From the NCBI GenBank assembly GCA_035604455.1, contig DATNIM010000100.1:7592-71591 (forward strand): a stretch of DNA of 64,000 nt, given 5' to 3'. Both the position numbers and the translations under genes were made by a program. Position 1 is the stretch's first letter. Each line of letters opens with the position of its first letter. The notes under the pieces are model-generated. The model did not search any database. It saw only the letters and a list, made by a program, of their open reading frames with translations, and was not told where the DNA came from. Origin of the DNA: Gemmatimonadales bacterium. GTDB lineage: Bacteria > Gemmatimonadota > Gemmatimonadetes > Gemmatimonadales > GWC2-71-9. This document shows, piece by piece, positions 1 to 9,978 of the stretch.

Positions 1-820
1 ACTCGCAGCGCTCCGCCACCCTGGCCGTTTCGGTGAGCACGTCCGGGCGACCCGGAAACAAGGTCCGCATCTCGCCCTCGGACTTGACGTAGCTCTCCTG
101 CCCGACGAACCGAAAACGATTCGGATCGTCGAGGTCCTTGCCGGTCCCGATGGCGAGCAGGACGTCGTGCGCCTCGGCATCTTCGCGCCGGAGGTAGTGC
201 GCATCGTTCGTGGCGACCACCGGGAGGCCGAGCTCGGCGGCGAGCCGGAACATGCCGTCTGTGACGGTCCGTTCGTCCGGGATGCCGTGATTCTGAACCT
301 CCAGCCAGAAGCGGTCGGCGAAGAGGTGCGCGAACCACTCCGCGCTCGCCTTGGCCTCATCGTAGCGGCCTTGACGCAGGTGCAGGGCGATCTCGCCCGA
401 CAGGCACGCGGCGAGGCAGATGAGGCCCTCGTGATGTTGTTCCAGGACTTCGCGATCGATGCGCGGTCGCCGGTAGTAGCCCTCGAGATACCCGATGGAC
501 GACAGCTTGACGAGATTCGCATACCCTGTCCGCGTGGCGGCCAGCAGGACAAGGTGCGAGTAATCGGCGGGCGCGCCGGGCAGCCGTTCGCGCCGCCGTC
601 GGCTCCCGAACGCCACGTAGGCCTCGAACCCGAGAATCGGGCGCACGCCGCGGGCCCGTGCGGCTTCGTAGAAGGTCCAGGCGCCGTGCAGGTTCCCGTG
701 ATCGGTCAGCGCCAGCGAATCCATGCCGAGGGTGCGCACGTGGTCAAGCAGCTCGGGGATCCGGTTGGCGCCGTCGAGCAGGGAATACTCGCTGTGGGTG
801 TGCAGATGGACGAACGGCAT
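1..820 (-). CDS. dnaE: DNA polymerase III alpha subunit, N-terminal PHP-domain part (partial; gene continues past window start)
   Basis: Minus-strand translation from ATG (820-818) reads MPFVHLHTHSEYSLLDGANRIPELLDHVRTLGMDSLALTDHGNLHGAWTFYEAARARGVRPILGFEAYV..., the canonical DnaE PHP N-terminus. The frame stays open to base 1, so it is absent from the complete-ORF track. Confidence 0.85.
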   Translation of the reverse strand, partial: MPFVHLHTHSEYSLLDGANRIPELLDHVRTLGMDSLALTDHGNLHGAWTFYEAARARGVRPILGFEAYVAFGSRRRRERLPGAPADYSHLVLLAATRTGYANLVKLSSIGYLEGYYRRPRIDREVLEQHHEGLICLAACLSGEIALHLRQGRYDEAKASAEWFAHLFADRFWLEVQNHGIPDERTVTDGMFRLAAELGLPVVATNDAHYLRREDAEAHDVLLAIGTGKDLDDPNRFRFVGQESYVKSEGEMRTLFPGRPDVLTETARVAERCE

Positions 821-824
821 CAGC

Positions 825-1457
825 CTACCGGGCGCGTCGCGCGAGCTCCTCGAACACGCGATCGAGCGGCACGTGCCTGGCCTCGAGGAGCACGACGAGG
901 TGATAGAGGAGGTCCGCGGCCTCGCTCGTCACGCGGTCCTCGTCCTCGTCGAGCGCCGCGACGAGCGTCTCCACGGCTTCCTCGCCGAGCTTCCGCGCGG
1001 GCACGGCGGTGCCGCCTTGCAGGAGCGCAGCCGTGTACGACCCCGACGGCAGGGTGCGCGCCCGATCCGCGACCGTCGCGGCGAGGCGCGTGAGCGCGGC
1101 GCCGGTGGGCTCGCCGAAGCAGGTCGGCATGCCCGTGTGACAGGCGGGGCCGTCCTGCCGGACTACATACAGCACCGCGTCGCCGTCGCAATCAACACGC
1201 ACCTCCTCGAGGTGCTGGCGGTGGCCCGACGTTTCACCCTTCCTCCACAGGACGCCCCGGCTGCGGCTGTGGTAGTGAGCCTCGCCTGTCGCCTGTGTCC
1301 GCTCGAGCGCTTCACGATCCGCGTATGCAACCATGAGCACGGCCCCTGACACGCTGCTCTGAGCGACGACGGGGACGAGTCCATCGTCCCCGAAGCGTAC
1401 TGCCTCAATCCAATTCTTGTCGATCACTGTCGCAAGATATCGGCGCGCCCCCTGCAT
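825..1457 (-). CDS. hisIE: bifunctional phosphoribosyl-AMP cyclohydrolase / phosphoribosyl-ATP pyrophosphatase
   Basis: ORF 825..1535 has a HisI part ([64 protein letters not shown]) followed by a HisE part ([37 protein letters not shown]). Start set at ATG 1457 (MQGARRY..); the 1535 start would overlap the divergent antiporter gene. Confidence 0.8.
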   Translation of the reverse strand: MQGARRYLATVIDKNWIEAVRFGDDGLVPVVAQSSVSGAVLMVAYADREALERTQATGEAHYHSRSRGVLWRKGETSGHRQHLEEVRVDCDGDAVLYVVRQDGPACHTGMPTCFGEPTGAALTRLAATVADRARTLPSGSYTAALLQGGTAVPARKLGEEAVETLVAALDEDEDRVTSEAADLLYHLVVLLEARHVPLDRVFEELARRAR

Positions 1458-1494
1458 TGTCAAAAGCCCGCGCCAACGGCTAAGTTTGCGCGCC

Positions 1495-2889
1495 ATGCGC
1501 TGGGTCGCGGGTCTGTTCGCGCTGTGTTTGGCCATGGCCTGGTTGCATCATCTCACCGCCGCGAGTGCTCTCGACGCGCGGGCCGCCTTCGCACTCGGGT
1601 TTCTAGTGATCAGCGCTTGGGTCGCGGGCGAGATCGCCGCGCGCGCACGGCTTCCGCGGCTCACGGGATTTCTGATTCTCGGGTTATGCGTAGGGCCCGC
1701 CTGGCTCACCCTCGTTCGGCAGGATGAACTCGACGTGCTCGGATTCGTGGCCCACGCGGCCATCGCGTGGATCGCCTTCGCGGCGGGCCAAGAGTTGGAG
1801 CTCACAACACTCCGCGCGGAGCGCCGCGTTCTGAGCCGTTTCGCGGCTGGTACGCTGGCATTCCCCATGCTCGCCGTGGCCGCCGTGGTGCTAAGCGTGG
1901 CGCCGTGGTTTCCGCTCACTGCGCATCAAGGCGCGCGTAACGCCGTCGGCGTCGCGCTGACGCTCGGCGCCTGCGCGGCCGCGGCGTCGCCCATCGTCGT
2001 CATCAGCGTGTGGGAGGAACTCGGCACCGGGGGCGCGCTGGCGGAGCGCGTACTCCGCGTGGCTGCCGTGAACACCGTCGCGGTCACGGGGCTCCTCACG
2101 TTGGTGCTGCTCGCCGCACGTGGTATCGGCAACCCCGGCACGGTCGACGGCGCGGTCGCGCCCGCGTTCGCCGCGCGCGCTGCGGGCGCGCTCGGAGTAG
2201 GGGCGGTATTGGGTGTGCTCGCGAGCCGTTACTCCCGAGTGGCCCCTCGCGACGCAATGTTGGTGCTGGTCGGACTCGGGTTCGTCGTCGCCATGGCCCA
2301 GAGCGGCCTCGGTCTCGAGCCGACGCTCGTCGCCCTCGCAGCGGGGGTCGCGGCCCGGAACGCAGGTGGCCCCGGGGGCGCGGCGCTGCGCGCAGCCGCA
2401 AACCAATCGGCCCTCGTCACTCAGACCGTGTTCTTTGCGTTAGCCGGGGCCGCGCTCCGAGTGGGTGCGCTCGAAGAACTGTGGCCTTGGGTCGTGCTCC
2501 TTGCCGGCCTTCGCGTCGTGGCCCTGCGCTACGGGACCTTGTGGGCCGGGCGGAGCGGCGCGGTGGACCTAGCCAGGCGGAGCTGGCTCGGGCTCGTCTC
2601 GCAATCGGGAATCGCCATGGCCTTGGCCGCCGCCGCCCGCCGGGCGTTTCCCGCCTGGGGAGTGTCGCTCGAGGCGCTCGTGGCGGGCTGCGTGCTCATC
2701 AACGAGCTCGCTGGCCCGCTCTGTCTCTACTGGATACTGCAACGCGAGGGGGTCGGGCGGCCCCAGGCCCTCGACCCGATCGGAGGTCGCGCCGGGCGCG
2801 CGCTGGCCGAATGGGTGCCGCGTCCCGCCCGCGGCCGGAGCGTCTTTCCCCGAGGCGCGGGACGAGGGCGTCTCAACGCGGCACCCTAG
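1495..2889 (+). CDS. cation:proton antiporter (Na+/H+ exchanger / Kef-type family) membrane protein
   Basis: ORF 1417..2889 is a polytopic hydrophobic protein with [16 protein letters not shown] and [10 protein letters not shown] segments typical of the sodium/hydrogen exchanger family. Start trimmed to ATG 1495 ([10 protein letters not shown]..). Confidence 0.65.
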   Translation: MRWVAGLFALCLAMAWLHHLTAASALDARAAFALGFLVISAWVAGEIAARARLPRLTGFLILGLCVGPAWLTLVRQDELDVLGFVAHAAIAWIAFAAGQELELTTLRAERRVLSRFAAGTLAFPMLAVAAVVLSVAPWFPLTAHQGARNAVGVALTLGACAAAASPIVVISVWEELGTGGALAERVLRVAAVNTVAVTGLLTLVLLAARGIGNPGTVDGAVAPAFAARAAGALGVGAVLGVLASRYSRVAPRDAMLVLVGLGFVVAMAQSGLGLEPTLVALAAGVAARNAGGPGGAALRAAANQSALVTQTVFFALAGAALRVGALEELWPWVVLLAGLRVVALRYGTLWAGRSGAVDLARRSWLGLVSQSGIAMALAAAARRAFPAWGVSLEALVAGCVLINELAGPLCLYWILQREGVGRPQALDPIGGRAGRALAEWVPRPARGRSVFPRGAGRGRLNAAP

Positions 2890-2890
2890 G

Positions 2891-3736
2891 GTGGCGTCGC
2901 TCAGGGGAGCCGTCGTCCTCCTCGTCGCCGCCCGCGCGCTCGCGGCACAGGGGCTGGGGGGACCGACGCCCCTGCCCGGGTCCACGCGCGATGCGGGCCT
3001 GGCGGGGGCAGGCGTCGCCTTGCTCGGCGACGCGGGTGCCCTGTTTGCCAACCCGGCCGGGATCGCGACGATCCGTCGCCTGTCGGTCGAGGCCTCTTAT
3101 GAGCGCTACCAGGGCGGCGCGGACTTCGGCGCCGGTGCCGTCGCCGTGCGGGTTGGTCCGGTGACGTGGGGCGCCGGTGCGGTCGCGCTCGGACAGCCCG
3201 CGGGCGGCGCGACCGGGCCGGCGACCGTTCTTGGCGTCTCGGGGCTCGTGGCGCGGTTTGGGTTGCTCGCGGTGGGCGCCTCACTCAAGTACGCCCAGGA
3301 AACCCTCGGCGGAACCACGACGAGCACGGCCGCCGGGGATGTCGGGGCGGCGATCGCGCTGTTCGACATCTTCGCGCTCGGGGTGAGCTCGCAAAACGTC
3401 GGCGGAACCTTCCTCGCGCGGTGCACGCGCGCAGGGTTCACGATGAACTTCGTCGACCCCCAGGGGACGGCCCGGCTTCTCACGACTATTGAAGGACAGT
3501 GGGTTGCGGGTCTCAACTCCGTCCTCGTGGTCGGGGCCGAGGGGGGCATCGTGGCCGGCGGCATCGGACTCGTCGCTCGGGTGGGTGCACGTGGCCAGGC
3601 CGCCTCGACGACCGCGCAGGCCATCACGTTGGGAGCCGGTGTGGAACTCGGCCGCCTACACTTGGACTACGCCTACGACGGGTACGCGGCGCCCGACGCG
3701 CCGCGCCACCGCGTGGGGTTGCGGTGGTCGCCATGA
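2891..3736 (+). CDS. putative outer-membrane beta-barrel protein (PorV/PorQ/TraF-like pattern)
   Basis: GTG start lies 1 nt after the antiporter stop. Signal peptide MASLRGAVVLLVAARALAAQ, then TRDAGLAGAGVALLGDAGALFANPAGIA and alternating Gly/Ala/aromatic strands ending ..HRVGLRWSP. The family call is by pattern only. Confidence 0.45.
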   Translation: MASLRGAVVLLVAARALAAQGLGGPTPLPGSTRDAGLAGAGVALLGDAGALFANPAGIATIRRLSVEASYERYQGGADFGAGAVAVRVGPVTWGAGAVALGQPAGGATGPATVLGVSGLVARFGLLAVGASLKYAQETLGGTTTSTAAGDVGAAIALFDIFALGVSSQNVGGTFLARCTRAGFTMNFVDPQGTARLLTTIEGQWVAGLNSVLVVGAEGGIVAGGIGLVARVGARGQAASTTAQAITLGAGVELGRLHLDYAYDGYAAPDAPRHRVGLRWSP

Positions 3737-4842
3737 TCGAGCGACACGGACCACACTGGTGGCGGATCGTGGGGCGCGTGCTCGGAGCCGCCGCGCTCGG
3801 GGTGCCCGTCCTCGCAGCCGCGCTGCTCGTCGTGAGTTCGGAGGCGCGCTATCTCGCGCGAGGCGCCCTTGAGGAGGGGCGGATCCTTCTCAAGCGGCGC
3901 TCCATCGCCGCCCTCGTGACCGATCCGCGGACCCCGCCCGCGCTCAGACAGCGCCTCGCGCTTGTGCTCGCTGCTCGGGCCTATGCGGCTGACTCCTTGC
4001 GCCTCTCCGCGGGCGACACCTACACGACGTACGCGGACATCGGCCAGGACACGCTCGTTCTCGTCCTCTCCGCCAGCCGGGCAGACCGCCTCCGCGAGTA
4101 TACGTGGACCTATCCCATTGTCGGGGTCGTGCCGTACAAGGGGTTCTTCGATTTTTCGGCCGCCCGTGCGGCGGCCGCAGCCCTCACCGACCAAGGCTAC
4201 GACACCTACCTCCGGCCGGCTTCGGCGTTCTCCACGCTCGGGTACTTCAGCGACCCGCTGTTGTCGTCGGCCGTCCGACGGGACACGATGGAGCTTGTGG
4301 CGACCGTCATCCACGAGCTCACCCACAACACACTCTACGTGAAGAGTCAAACGGCGTTCAACGAAAGCTTTGCAGACTTTGTCGGATATCGCGGGGCTGA
4401 GGCGTTCTTCCGCTCGCGGGGGGATTCGATCGACGCGGGCCGCGCCGCGGCGCGGTGGCGGGACGAGCGGACGCTGGACGTCTTTTACGCGGAGCTCGCT
4501 CGCCGGCTCGACTCCGTGTATGCCGGCAACGTGTCTGGCACGGCGCTCGCGCGCGCCCGGGCCACGCTCTTCGGGTGGGCGCGTTCCCAACTCGCAGGGG
4601 CGGTCGGCCAGGCCCTTGAGACCTACGACTGGCGCTGGTTTGCGACCGAGCCGCTCAACAACGCGGTTGTGATCGCTGAACGCCTCTACCGAACGAACCT
4701 CAACCTCTTCGACGAGCTGTATCTGCAGAGCGGCGCCGATATCGCGGAGACGGTTCGAGCGATCGAAGTGCGGATCTTCACGCGCCCGGGCGACGATCCC
4801 TATGCGGCCTTGTACTCACGGCCGGGCATGCCCCCCGACTGA
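3733..4842 (+). CDS. putative zinc aminopeptidase (HExxH; 'predicted aminopeptidase' family)
   Basis: Track ORF 3499..4842 trimmed to ATG 3733, which overlaps the upstream stop (ATGA). N-terminal TM segment (WWRIVGRVLGAAALGVPVLAAALLVV) and HELTHNTLY metal motif. Confidence 0.6.
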   Translation: MIERHGPHWWRIVGRVLGAAALGVPVLAAALLVVSSEARYLARGALEEGRILLKRRSIAALVTDPRTPPALRQRLALVLAARAYAADSLRLSAGDTYTTYADIGQDTLVLVLSASRADRLREYTWTYPIVGVVPYKGFFDFSAARAAAAALTDQGYDTYLRPASAFSTLGYFSDPLLSSAVRRDTMELVATVIHELTHNTLYVKSQTAFNESFADFVGYRGAEAFFRSRGDSIDAGRAAARWRDERTLDVFYAELARRLDSVYAGNVSGTALARARATLFGWARSQLAGAVGQALETYDWRWFATEPLNNAVVIAERLYRTNLNLFDELYLQSGADIAETVRAIEVRIFTRPGDDPYAALYSRPGMPPD

Positions 4843-4848
4843 CCGGCT

Positions 4849-6117
4849 CTAGTTGCCCCGCAGCCGCTCCGCTTCGGCGACGCGCTGCAGGGCGATCGCG
4901 TACGCGGCGGTTCGGAACGTCGTGCCGCGTTGTCGCGCGAGATCGCGCACGCTCGCGTAGGCGCGGGTGATCGTGGCCTGCAGTTCTCGGTTCACCTGTT
5001 CATGCGTCCATCGGTACTGCTGGAGATTTTGGGCCCACTCGTAGTAGCTCACCGTGACACCACCAGCGTTCGCCAGGAAGTCGGGGATCACCGGGATGCC
5101 GCGCTCTGCGAGGATCAGGTCGGCGGTCGGCGTGGTGGGCTCGTTGGCGGCTTCGACGACCACGCGGCAATCGATGAGCCGCGCGTTGTGCTCCTTCGTG
5201 ATCACGCCGCCCAAGGCCGCCGGCACGAGCCAGTCGCACGGAACCGCCCATAACTCGTCGCGCGTGATGGCACGGCCGCCGGCCCAACTCGAGACGGGCC
5301 GGCCCCCCGCGGTGTGTGCCATGAGGCCCGGGACGTCGAGGCCGTTCTCGTTGACGATCCCGCCGTCGATGTCGGACACGGCGACAACGCGCGCACCCGC
5401 CTCCGCGGCCAGGAGGCGGGCCAGATGGCCGCCCACATTCCCGAATCCCTGAATGACGACCCGGCCGCCTGCGAGCGGCACTCCGAAGTCGCGTCCGAAC
5501 TCCCTCATGACGTACATGACGCCCCGTCCGGTGGCCTCCTCCCGTCCGAGGGAGCCGCCGAGCGAGAGCGGCTTCCCGGTGACCGCCGCTGGTGTGTAGC
5601 CGTGCCGGCTCGAGTATTCGTCCAGCACCCAGGCCATCACCTGCGCATTGGTGTTGACATCGGGCGCCGGAACGTCGCGATAGGGGCCGAGGACGATGGA
5701 AATCCGCTGGGTAAACCGCCGCGTGAGACGTTCCAGCTCGAGTTTCGAGAGCCGGCGCGGGTCCACCGTGACGCCGCCTTTGGCGCCACCGAAGGGAATG
5801 TCCATCAGGGCCGTCTTCCAGGTCATGATCGTGGCGAGCCCGAGGATTTCGTCGTGGTCCGCATCCGGGTGGTAGCGGATGCCGCCCTTGCACGGCCCCC
5901 GGGCGCCGTTGTGTTGGATGCGGTACCCGGTGAAGACCTCGATCCGCCCGTCGTCCATGCGCACGGGCACTTCGACCTGGACTTCGCGGAATGGCGCCAT
6001 GAGAATGCGCCGCATGTAGGATTCCAGGCCGATGATGTTGGCGGCGCGGTCGAACTGAGTTTCGGCTATGGACTTCCCCGACATCGTCACGCGCGCCGGG
6101 CGCGCGGGCGCGGTCAT
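4849..6117 (-). CDS. gdh: Glu/Leu/Phe/Val-family glutamate dehydrogenase
   Basis: 422-aa ORF with FTGYRIQHNGARGPCKGGIRYHP, PFGGAKGGV and the GFGNVG Rossmann motif. An internal start at MSGKS.. (6084) is possible. Confidence 0.9.
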   Translation of the reverse strand: MTAPARPARVTMSGKSIAETQFDRAANIIGLESYMRRILMAPFREVQVEVPVRMDDGRIEVFTGYRIQHNGARGPCKGGIRYHPDADHDEILGLATIMTWKTALMDIPFGGAKGGVTVDPRRLSKLELERLTRRFTQRISIVLGPYRDVPAPDVNTNAQVMAWVLDEYSSRHGYTPAAVTGKPLSLGGSLGREEATGRGVMYVMREFGRDFGVPLAGGRVVIQGFGNVGGHLARLLAAEAGARVVAVSDIDGGIVNENGLDVPGLMAHTAGGRPVSSWAGGRAITRDELWAVPCDWLVPAALGGVITKEHNARLIDCRVVVEAANEPTTPTADLILAERGIPVIPDFLANAGGVTVSYYEWAQNLQQYRWTHEQVNRELQATITRAYASVRDLARQRGTTFRTAAYAIALQRVAEAERLRGN

Positions 6118-6131
6118 GGCGGGGCGGACTC

Positions 6132-7271
6132 CTAGGCGGGGTCGGGGGGTGTGGTGCGCGGCCGCAGTCGGCGGCCGGCCAGTCGGCTGGCGGGATGCTG
6201 CGCTTGGGTCAGGGCCTCGGCCAAATCAGGCGCGAGAGACCGCCGCCCACGTCCGTCCGCAAGCGCACCGATCACGTCCGCGCCGGAGTCAGGGGCTGAG
6301 CCGATCAGCCCCTCCAGTGCGAAGACGAGGCCGCCGCGCGCTCGCACGGCGGCCACGGTGTCCGAGATGTCGGCTTCCAGCGGCGCGCGGGTCGCGACGA
6401 CGAGTGGGCACCGCTCCGGATCGGCGTCCGCAGCTGCGGTCGGCGTGCCGAACGAGGCCGCCAGCTCGCCCCACCCCGCGGGGGGCGCATCAAGAGCGAT
6501 CACTTGCCCAAACACCCACCCCGCATCTGAGGCCAGTTCCGTGAACGCCCTGAGGAGCGCGGGGTCTGTGGGCGGCGCTGGGGAGGGGACGGAGGCGAGG
6601 ACGACCGCCCCGGTCTCGGCGAACACGCGTTGCGCCAGGCCCAGGTCGTCCGGCTTGCGAGGGGCGTAGAGGGCGAACCGGCGGGTCGCTAGAATCTCGC
6701 GCTCCGCCGCGTCCCGGATCTCCTGTTGTTCCGTGGCTTGGGCAGCGCCTTCGAACGCAACCTCGGCCGCTTGGTAGCGGCCGGCGTCCCGGAGAATCCG
6801 GCCTCGCAGCCGCAGCGTCTCGGTGTGAGGCTCGAGGGCAAAGGCCCGGTCGAGGGCGAGCAGCGCCCGGTTCGGGTCACCCAACCGATAGGCGGCGTAG
6901 CCCAGCTCGTGCCACGCGAGGGCGAGATCCGGATCGCCCTCGAGGGCACGCTCCAGCGCCGTGAGCGCCTCGCGATAACGGCCGAGTTCTACAAGGGCGG
7001 CGGCCTGGAGGGTGAAGGGAAAGGCGGTCGCGCCGAACTGCCCGAGGGCGCCTTCGGCGAGCGCCAGGGCGTCGGCCGCGCGGTTGTGCCGCCGCAGCAG
7101 TTCGAAGCACTCGGCCCATCCCTCTTTCAACTCTGGCCGGGCGGCCAGCACGCTTCGATAGGCGGCCTCCGCGTCTGCGACACGCCCCTCCTGTGCGAGC
7201 CAGCGGGCTCGTGCGATCGCCCGCTCGCTCGGCGCGTCGGGAAACAAATCGAAGGACGCGGTCGTCCGCAT
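6132..7271 (-). CDS. TPR-repeat protein with uncharacterised C-terminal domain
   Basis: The N-terminal ~190 aa are repeated 34-aa TPR-like units (..AEAAYRSVLAARPELKEGW.., ..YREALTALERALEGDPDLALAWHELGYAAYRLGDPNRALLALDRAFALEP..). I do not recognise the C-terminal ~180 aa. Confidence 0.6.
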   Translation of the reverse strand: MRTTASFDLFPDAPSERAIARARWLAQEGRVADAEAAYRSVLAARPELKEGWAECFELLRRHNRAADALALAEGALGQFGATAFPFTLQAAALVELGRYREALTALERALEGDPDLALAWHELGYAAYRLGDPNRALLALDRAFALEPHTETLRLRGRILRDAGRYQAAEVAFEGAAQATEQQEIRDAAEREILATRRFALYAPRKPDDLGLAQRVFAETGAVVLASVPSPAPPTDPALLRAFTELASDAGWVFGQVIALDAPPAGWGELAASFGTPTAAADADPERCPLVVATRAPLEADISDTVAAVRARGGLVFALEGLIGSAPDSGADVIGALADGRGRRSLAPDLAEALTQAQHPASRLAGRRLRPRTTPPDPA

Positions 7272-7336
7272 GGCGCGAATATATCCGTCGCGTGGTCGCT
7301 GGCTAGCCGCTGCCGTAGGTCCTAGATTCCCGCGCG

Positions 7337-8662
7337 ATGAACCACGAGCAGCTGCTCCGCGAACTCGAAGAGTTTCTGCGCATCCCCTCCGTGTCGACGC
7401 TGTCGGCGCACGACGCCGACTGCCGCGCGGCAGCGGAGTGGGTGGCCGGCGCGTTACGTCGGCTCGGGTGCAGCGACGTGCAGCTCGTCGGTCACGACCG
7501 CCATCCTGTCGTGTGGGGCGTCGGGCCTCACGTTCCCGGTGCCCCGACCCTCCTCATCTATGGACACTATGACGTGCAGCCTCCTGACCCACTCGACGAG
7601 TGGGTCACCCCACCGTTTGAGCCCGCGGTTCGGGGCGGCAAACTGTTCGCGCGCGGCGCGGCCGACGATAAGGGTCAGGTGTTCTGTCTCCTCACCGCGG
7701 CCAAGAGTCCCCCGATCAACCTGCGGTTCTTGATCGAGGGAGAGGAGGAGTTCGGCAGCTCCGTGCTCTTCGACTTGCTGCAGCGCGAGCCTGAGCGCGC
7801 ACGCGCCGACGCGATCCTCATCGCCGACATGGCGTACGTCGCTCCCGGCTGGCCCGCGGTCTACACAACGCTGCGCGGCATCTGCTACGCGGAGATCACC
7901 GTGCGGACGGCGCGAACGGACCTCCACTCTGGCGAATTCGGCGGTGCCGCACCGAACGCGCACGAGGAGCTCGTGCGCCTGCTGGCCCGGCTGAAGACGC
8001 CCGACGGGCGCATTCGGATTCCGGGTCTCTACGCGGCCGTGCGGCGACCGTCGCGACGCGAACTCGCCGCGTGGAAACGCCTCCCGTTCCGTGAGGCCGA
8101 CTTCCGGAAGAACCGGGTGCAGGCGAAGGCGCTGACCGGCCTCAAGCGGCACTCCGTGCTCGAGCGGTTGTGGGCGCTGCCGACGTTCGAGATCCACGGC
8201 ATTCGCGGCGGTTTCACGGGCGAGGGCGCGAAGACCGTCATTCCCGCCGAGGCGACCGCCAAGGTCAGTTTGCGCCTGGTCCCTGACCAGCGTCTCAAGG
8301 TGGTGGAGCAACAGCTCGCGCGCGCCGTGCGCCAAGCCGCGCCCAAGTACGCGAGCGCGAGCGTGCGGTTTCTGCACGGCGCCGAACCCGCCCAGATGAA
8401 CTTGGAGGATCCGGTCTACGGGCTCTTGGATCAGGCGTTCCGCCACGTCGTGGGTCGGGGCACCGTGCCGGTGCGCGCCGGCGGCTCGATTCCCGTCGTC
8501 ACGGCGCTGGCACGAGGCGGCGCGCCCGTGATTCTGACGGGCATCGGCCTCCCCGACGATCGTCTCCACGCCCCGAATGAAAAGCTCGACGTCCAACAGC
8601 TCTGGGACGGCGTGGGGGTGTTCCGGCGGTTCTTCGAACTATTCGGTGGGCGAGGGCGCTAG
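7337..8662 (+). CDS. M20-family metallopeptidase / dipeptidase (ArgE/DapE/CPG2-like)
   Basis: 441-aa ORF with LLIYGHYDVQPPDP, RGAADDKGQ and IEGEEEFGS motifs typical of M20 zinc hydrolases. Confidence 0.8.
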   Translation: MNHEQLLRELEEFLRIPSVSTLSAHDADCRAAAEWVAGALRRLGCSDVQLVGHDRHPVVWGVGPHVPGAPTLLIYGHYDVQPPDPLDEWVTPPFEPAVRGGKLFARGAADDKGQVFCLLTAAKSPPINLRFLIEGEEEFGSSVLFDLLQREPERARADAILIADMAYVAPGWPAVYTTLRGICYAEITVRTARTDLHSGEFGGAAPNAHEELVRLLARLKTPDGRIRIPGLYAAVRRPSRRELAAWKRLPFREADFRKNRVQAKALTGLKRHSVLERLWALPTFEIHGIRGGFTGEGAKTVIPAEATAKVSLRLVPDQRLKVVEQQLARAVRQAAPKYASASVRFLHGAEPAQMNLEDPVYGLLDQAFRHVVGRGTVPVRAGGSIPVVTALARGGAPVILTGIGLPDDRLHAPNEKLDVQQLWDGVGVFRRFFELFGGRGR

Positions 8663-9304
8663 CGGCTGACGTCCCTTGCTCCGGCTCCGGAGCCGGTTGA
8701 TCTCATGTTGCGTGAGCGCGCGGCCCCCGTAGCGCTCTTCCCGCCACGGGTCGCCCCGCATGTGGTAGCCGTTCTGCTCCCAGAAGCCGGGTACGTCCTC
8801 CGCCTCGAGCGAGAACCCGCGCACCCATTTCGCGCTCTTCCAGAAATAGAGATGGGGGACGAGGAGCCGGGCCGGCCCGCCGTGCTCCGGCGTGAGCGCG
8901 ATGCCGTCGTGCCGGAGTGCGATGAGGTTGTCCGGACGGTCGAGGTCTGAAAGCGGGAGGTTCGTCGTAAACCCCTGCTCCGCGAGGACCAGGGCGTACG
9001 CGGCGCTGGGCTGTACCGCGGCGCGCTCGAGCAACAGCTGCACTGGCACGCCCTCGAACGCGTTGTCGAGGCGGCTCCAGCGTGTGACGCAATGGATGTC
9101 GCAGCGCACGGTGCGCCGCGGGAGCTCCAACAGCTCGTCGTAGGTGATCCGGTAGGGGTTCGCGACGAGGCCCGAGACCTCGAAGGTCCACGTGCGCGTG
9201 TCCACGGACGGGACGTCGCCATAGTGGAGGACCGGCCACTTCGCGGTGACCACCTGCCCGGGGGGGACCCGGTCGCGGCCGTCCGGCCCGGACAGGGCCG
9301 TCAC
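8639..9304 (-). CDS. sulfite-oxidase-like molybdopterin-binding oxidoreductase
   Basis: 221-aa ORF with FEVSGLVANPYRITYDELLELPRRTVRCDIHCVTRWS.., HGGPARLLVPHLYFWKSAKWV and FWEQNGYH, the Moco-binding oxidoreductase pattern. The 3' end overlaps the convergent M20 gene by 24 nt. Confidence 0.7.
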   Translation of the reverse strand: MTALSGPDGRDRVPPGQVVTAKWPVLHYGDVPSVDTRTWTFEVSGLVANPYRITYDELLELPRRTVRCDIHCVTRWSRLDNAFEGVPVQLLLERAAVQPSAAYALVLAEQGFTTNLPLSDLDRPDNLIALRHDGIALTPEHGGPARLLVPHLYFWKSAKWVRGFSLEAEDVPGFWEQNGYHMRGDPWREERYGGRALTQHEINRLRSRSKGRQPLAPSPTE

Positions 9305-9978
9305 GCGGAGCGGCGGGTCGCGCGGTCGTCGTACGCGGTGAGCCCAAACCCATCCTCGAAGGCGCGGACCACGGCCGCGATCGCCCGCTCACCGAGATCG
9401 GGCGCGGCGGCGCGTCCGTCGAGCCCGAGTTCCCGCGCGACGGACGTCATCTCCACATCCCTGATCCCGCACGGCACGATGCGCGCGAATTCCCCGAGCT
9501 CGGTCGTCACGTTCAGCGCGAAGCCGTGCCAGGTCACCCATTGGCGCACGTGGACCCCGAGGCTTGCGATCTTGCGCTCGGCGGTCCACACCCCGGTATA
9601 GCCGGGCTCGCGCTTCGCCGAGACCCCGAGCGCAGCGAGCGCGGCGATGAGGACTTCTTCGAGCGTGCGCAAATACCAGTGCAGGTCGCGCCGGTGCCGC
9701 GCGAGATCGAGGATCGGATACCCCACGAGTTGCCCCGGTCCGTGAAAGGTCACGTCACCGCCGCGCTCCACTTCGACGATCTGGATGCCCTCGGCGTGCA
9801 CGATGTGGTCCGGCCGCGCCGCCCGACCAAGGGTCAGAACCGGCGGATGCTCGAGCAGCAGCAGGGTGTCATGGCTGAGGTGCCCCGCGATACGCGCCGT
9901 GGCGAGTTCGCGTTGCCAGGCGAGCGCGTCTTGATAGTCCACGGTCCCCGCGTGCAGCACCCTGAGGAGGCGCGTCAC
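9301..9978 (-). CDS. lipB: lipoyl(octanoyl) transferase
   Basis: Track ORF 9301..10173 trimmed to GTG 9978, which forms a GTGA overlap with the upstream membrane-protein stop. VLHAGTVDYQDALAWQRELA..LLLLEHPPVLTLGR..RGGDVTFHGPGQLVGYPIL..KIASLGVHV..VTWHGFALNV is the LipB signature pattern. Confidence 0.85.
   Translation of the reverse strand: MTRLLRVLHAGTVDYQDALAWQRELATARIAGHLSHDTLLLLEHPPVLTLGRAARPDHIVHAEGIQIVEVERGGDVTFHGPGQLVGYPILDLARHRRDLHWYLRTLEEVLIAALAALGVSAKREPGYTGVWTAERKIASLGVHVRQWVTWHGFALNVTTELGEFARIVPCGIRDVEMTSVARELGLDGRAAAPDLGERAIAAVVRAFEDGFGLTAYDDRATRRSA

Noticed and set aside
167-1093. A 308-aa + strand ORF (plus nested ORFs at 658-903 and 723-1349) across the start of the window.
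   Set aside because: It lies antisense to the clearly recognisable dnaE and hisIE frames. The product is an Arg/Pro/Gly/Ala-rich low-complexity string typical of GC-shadow ORFs.
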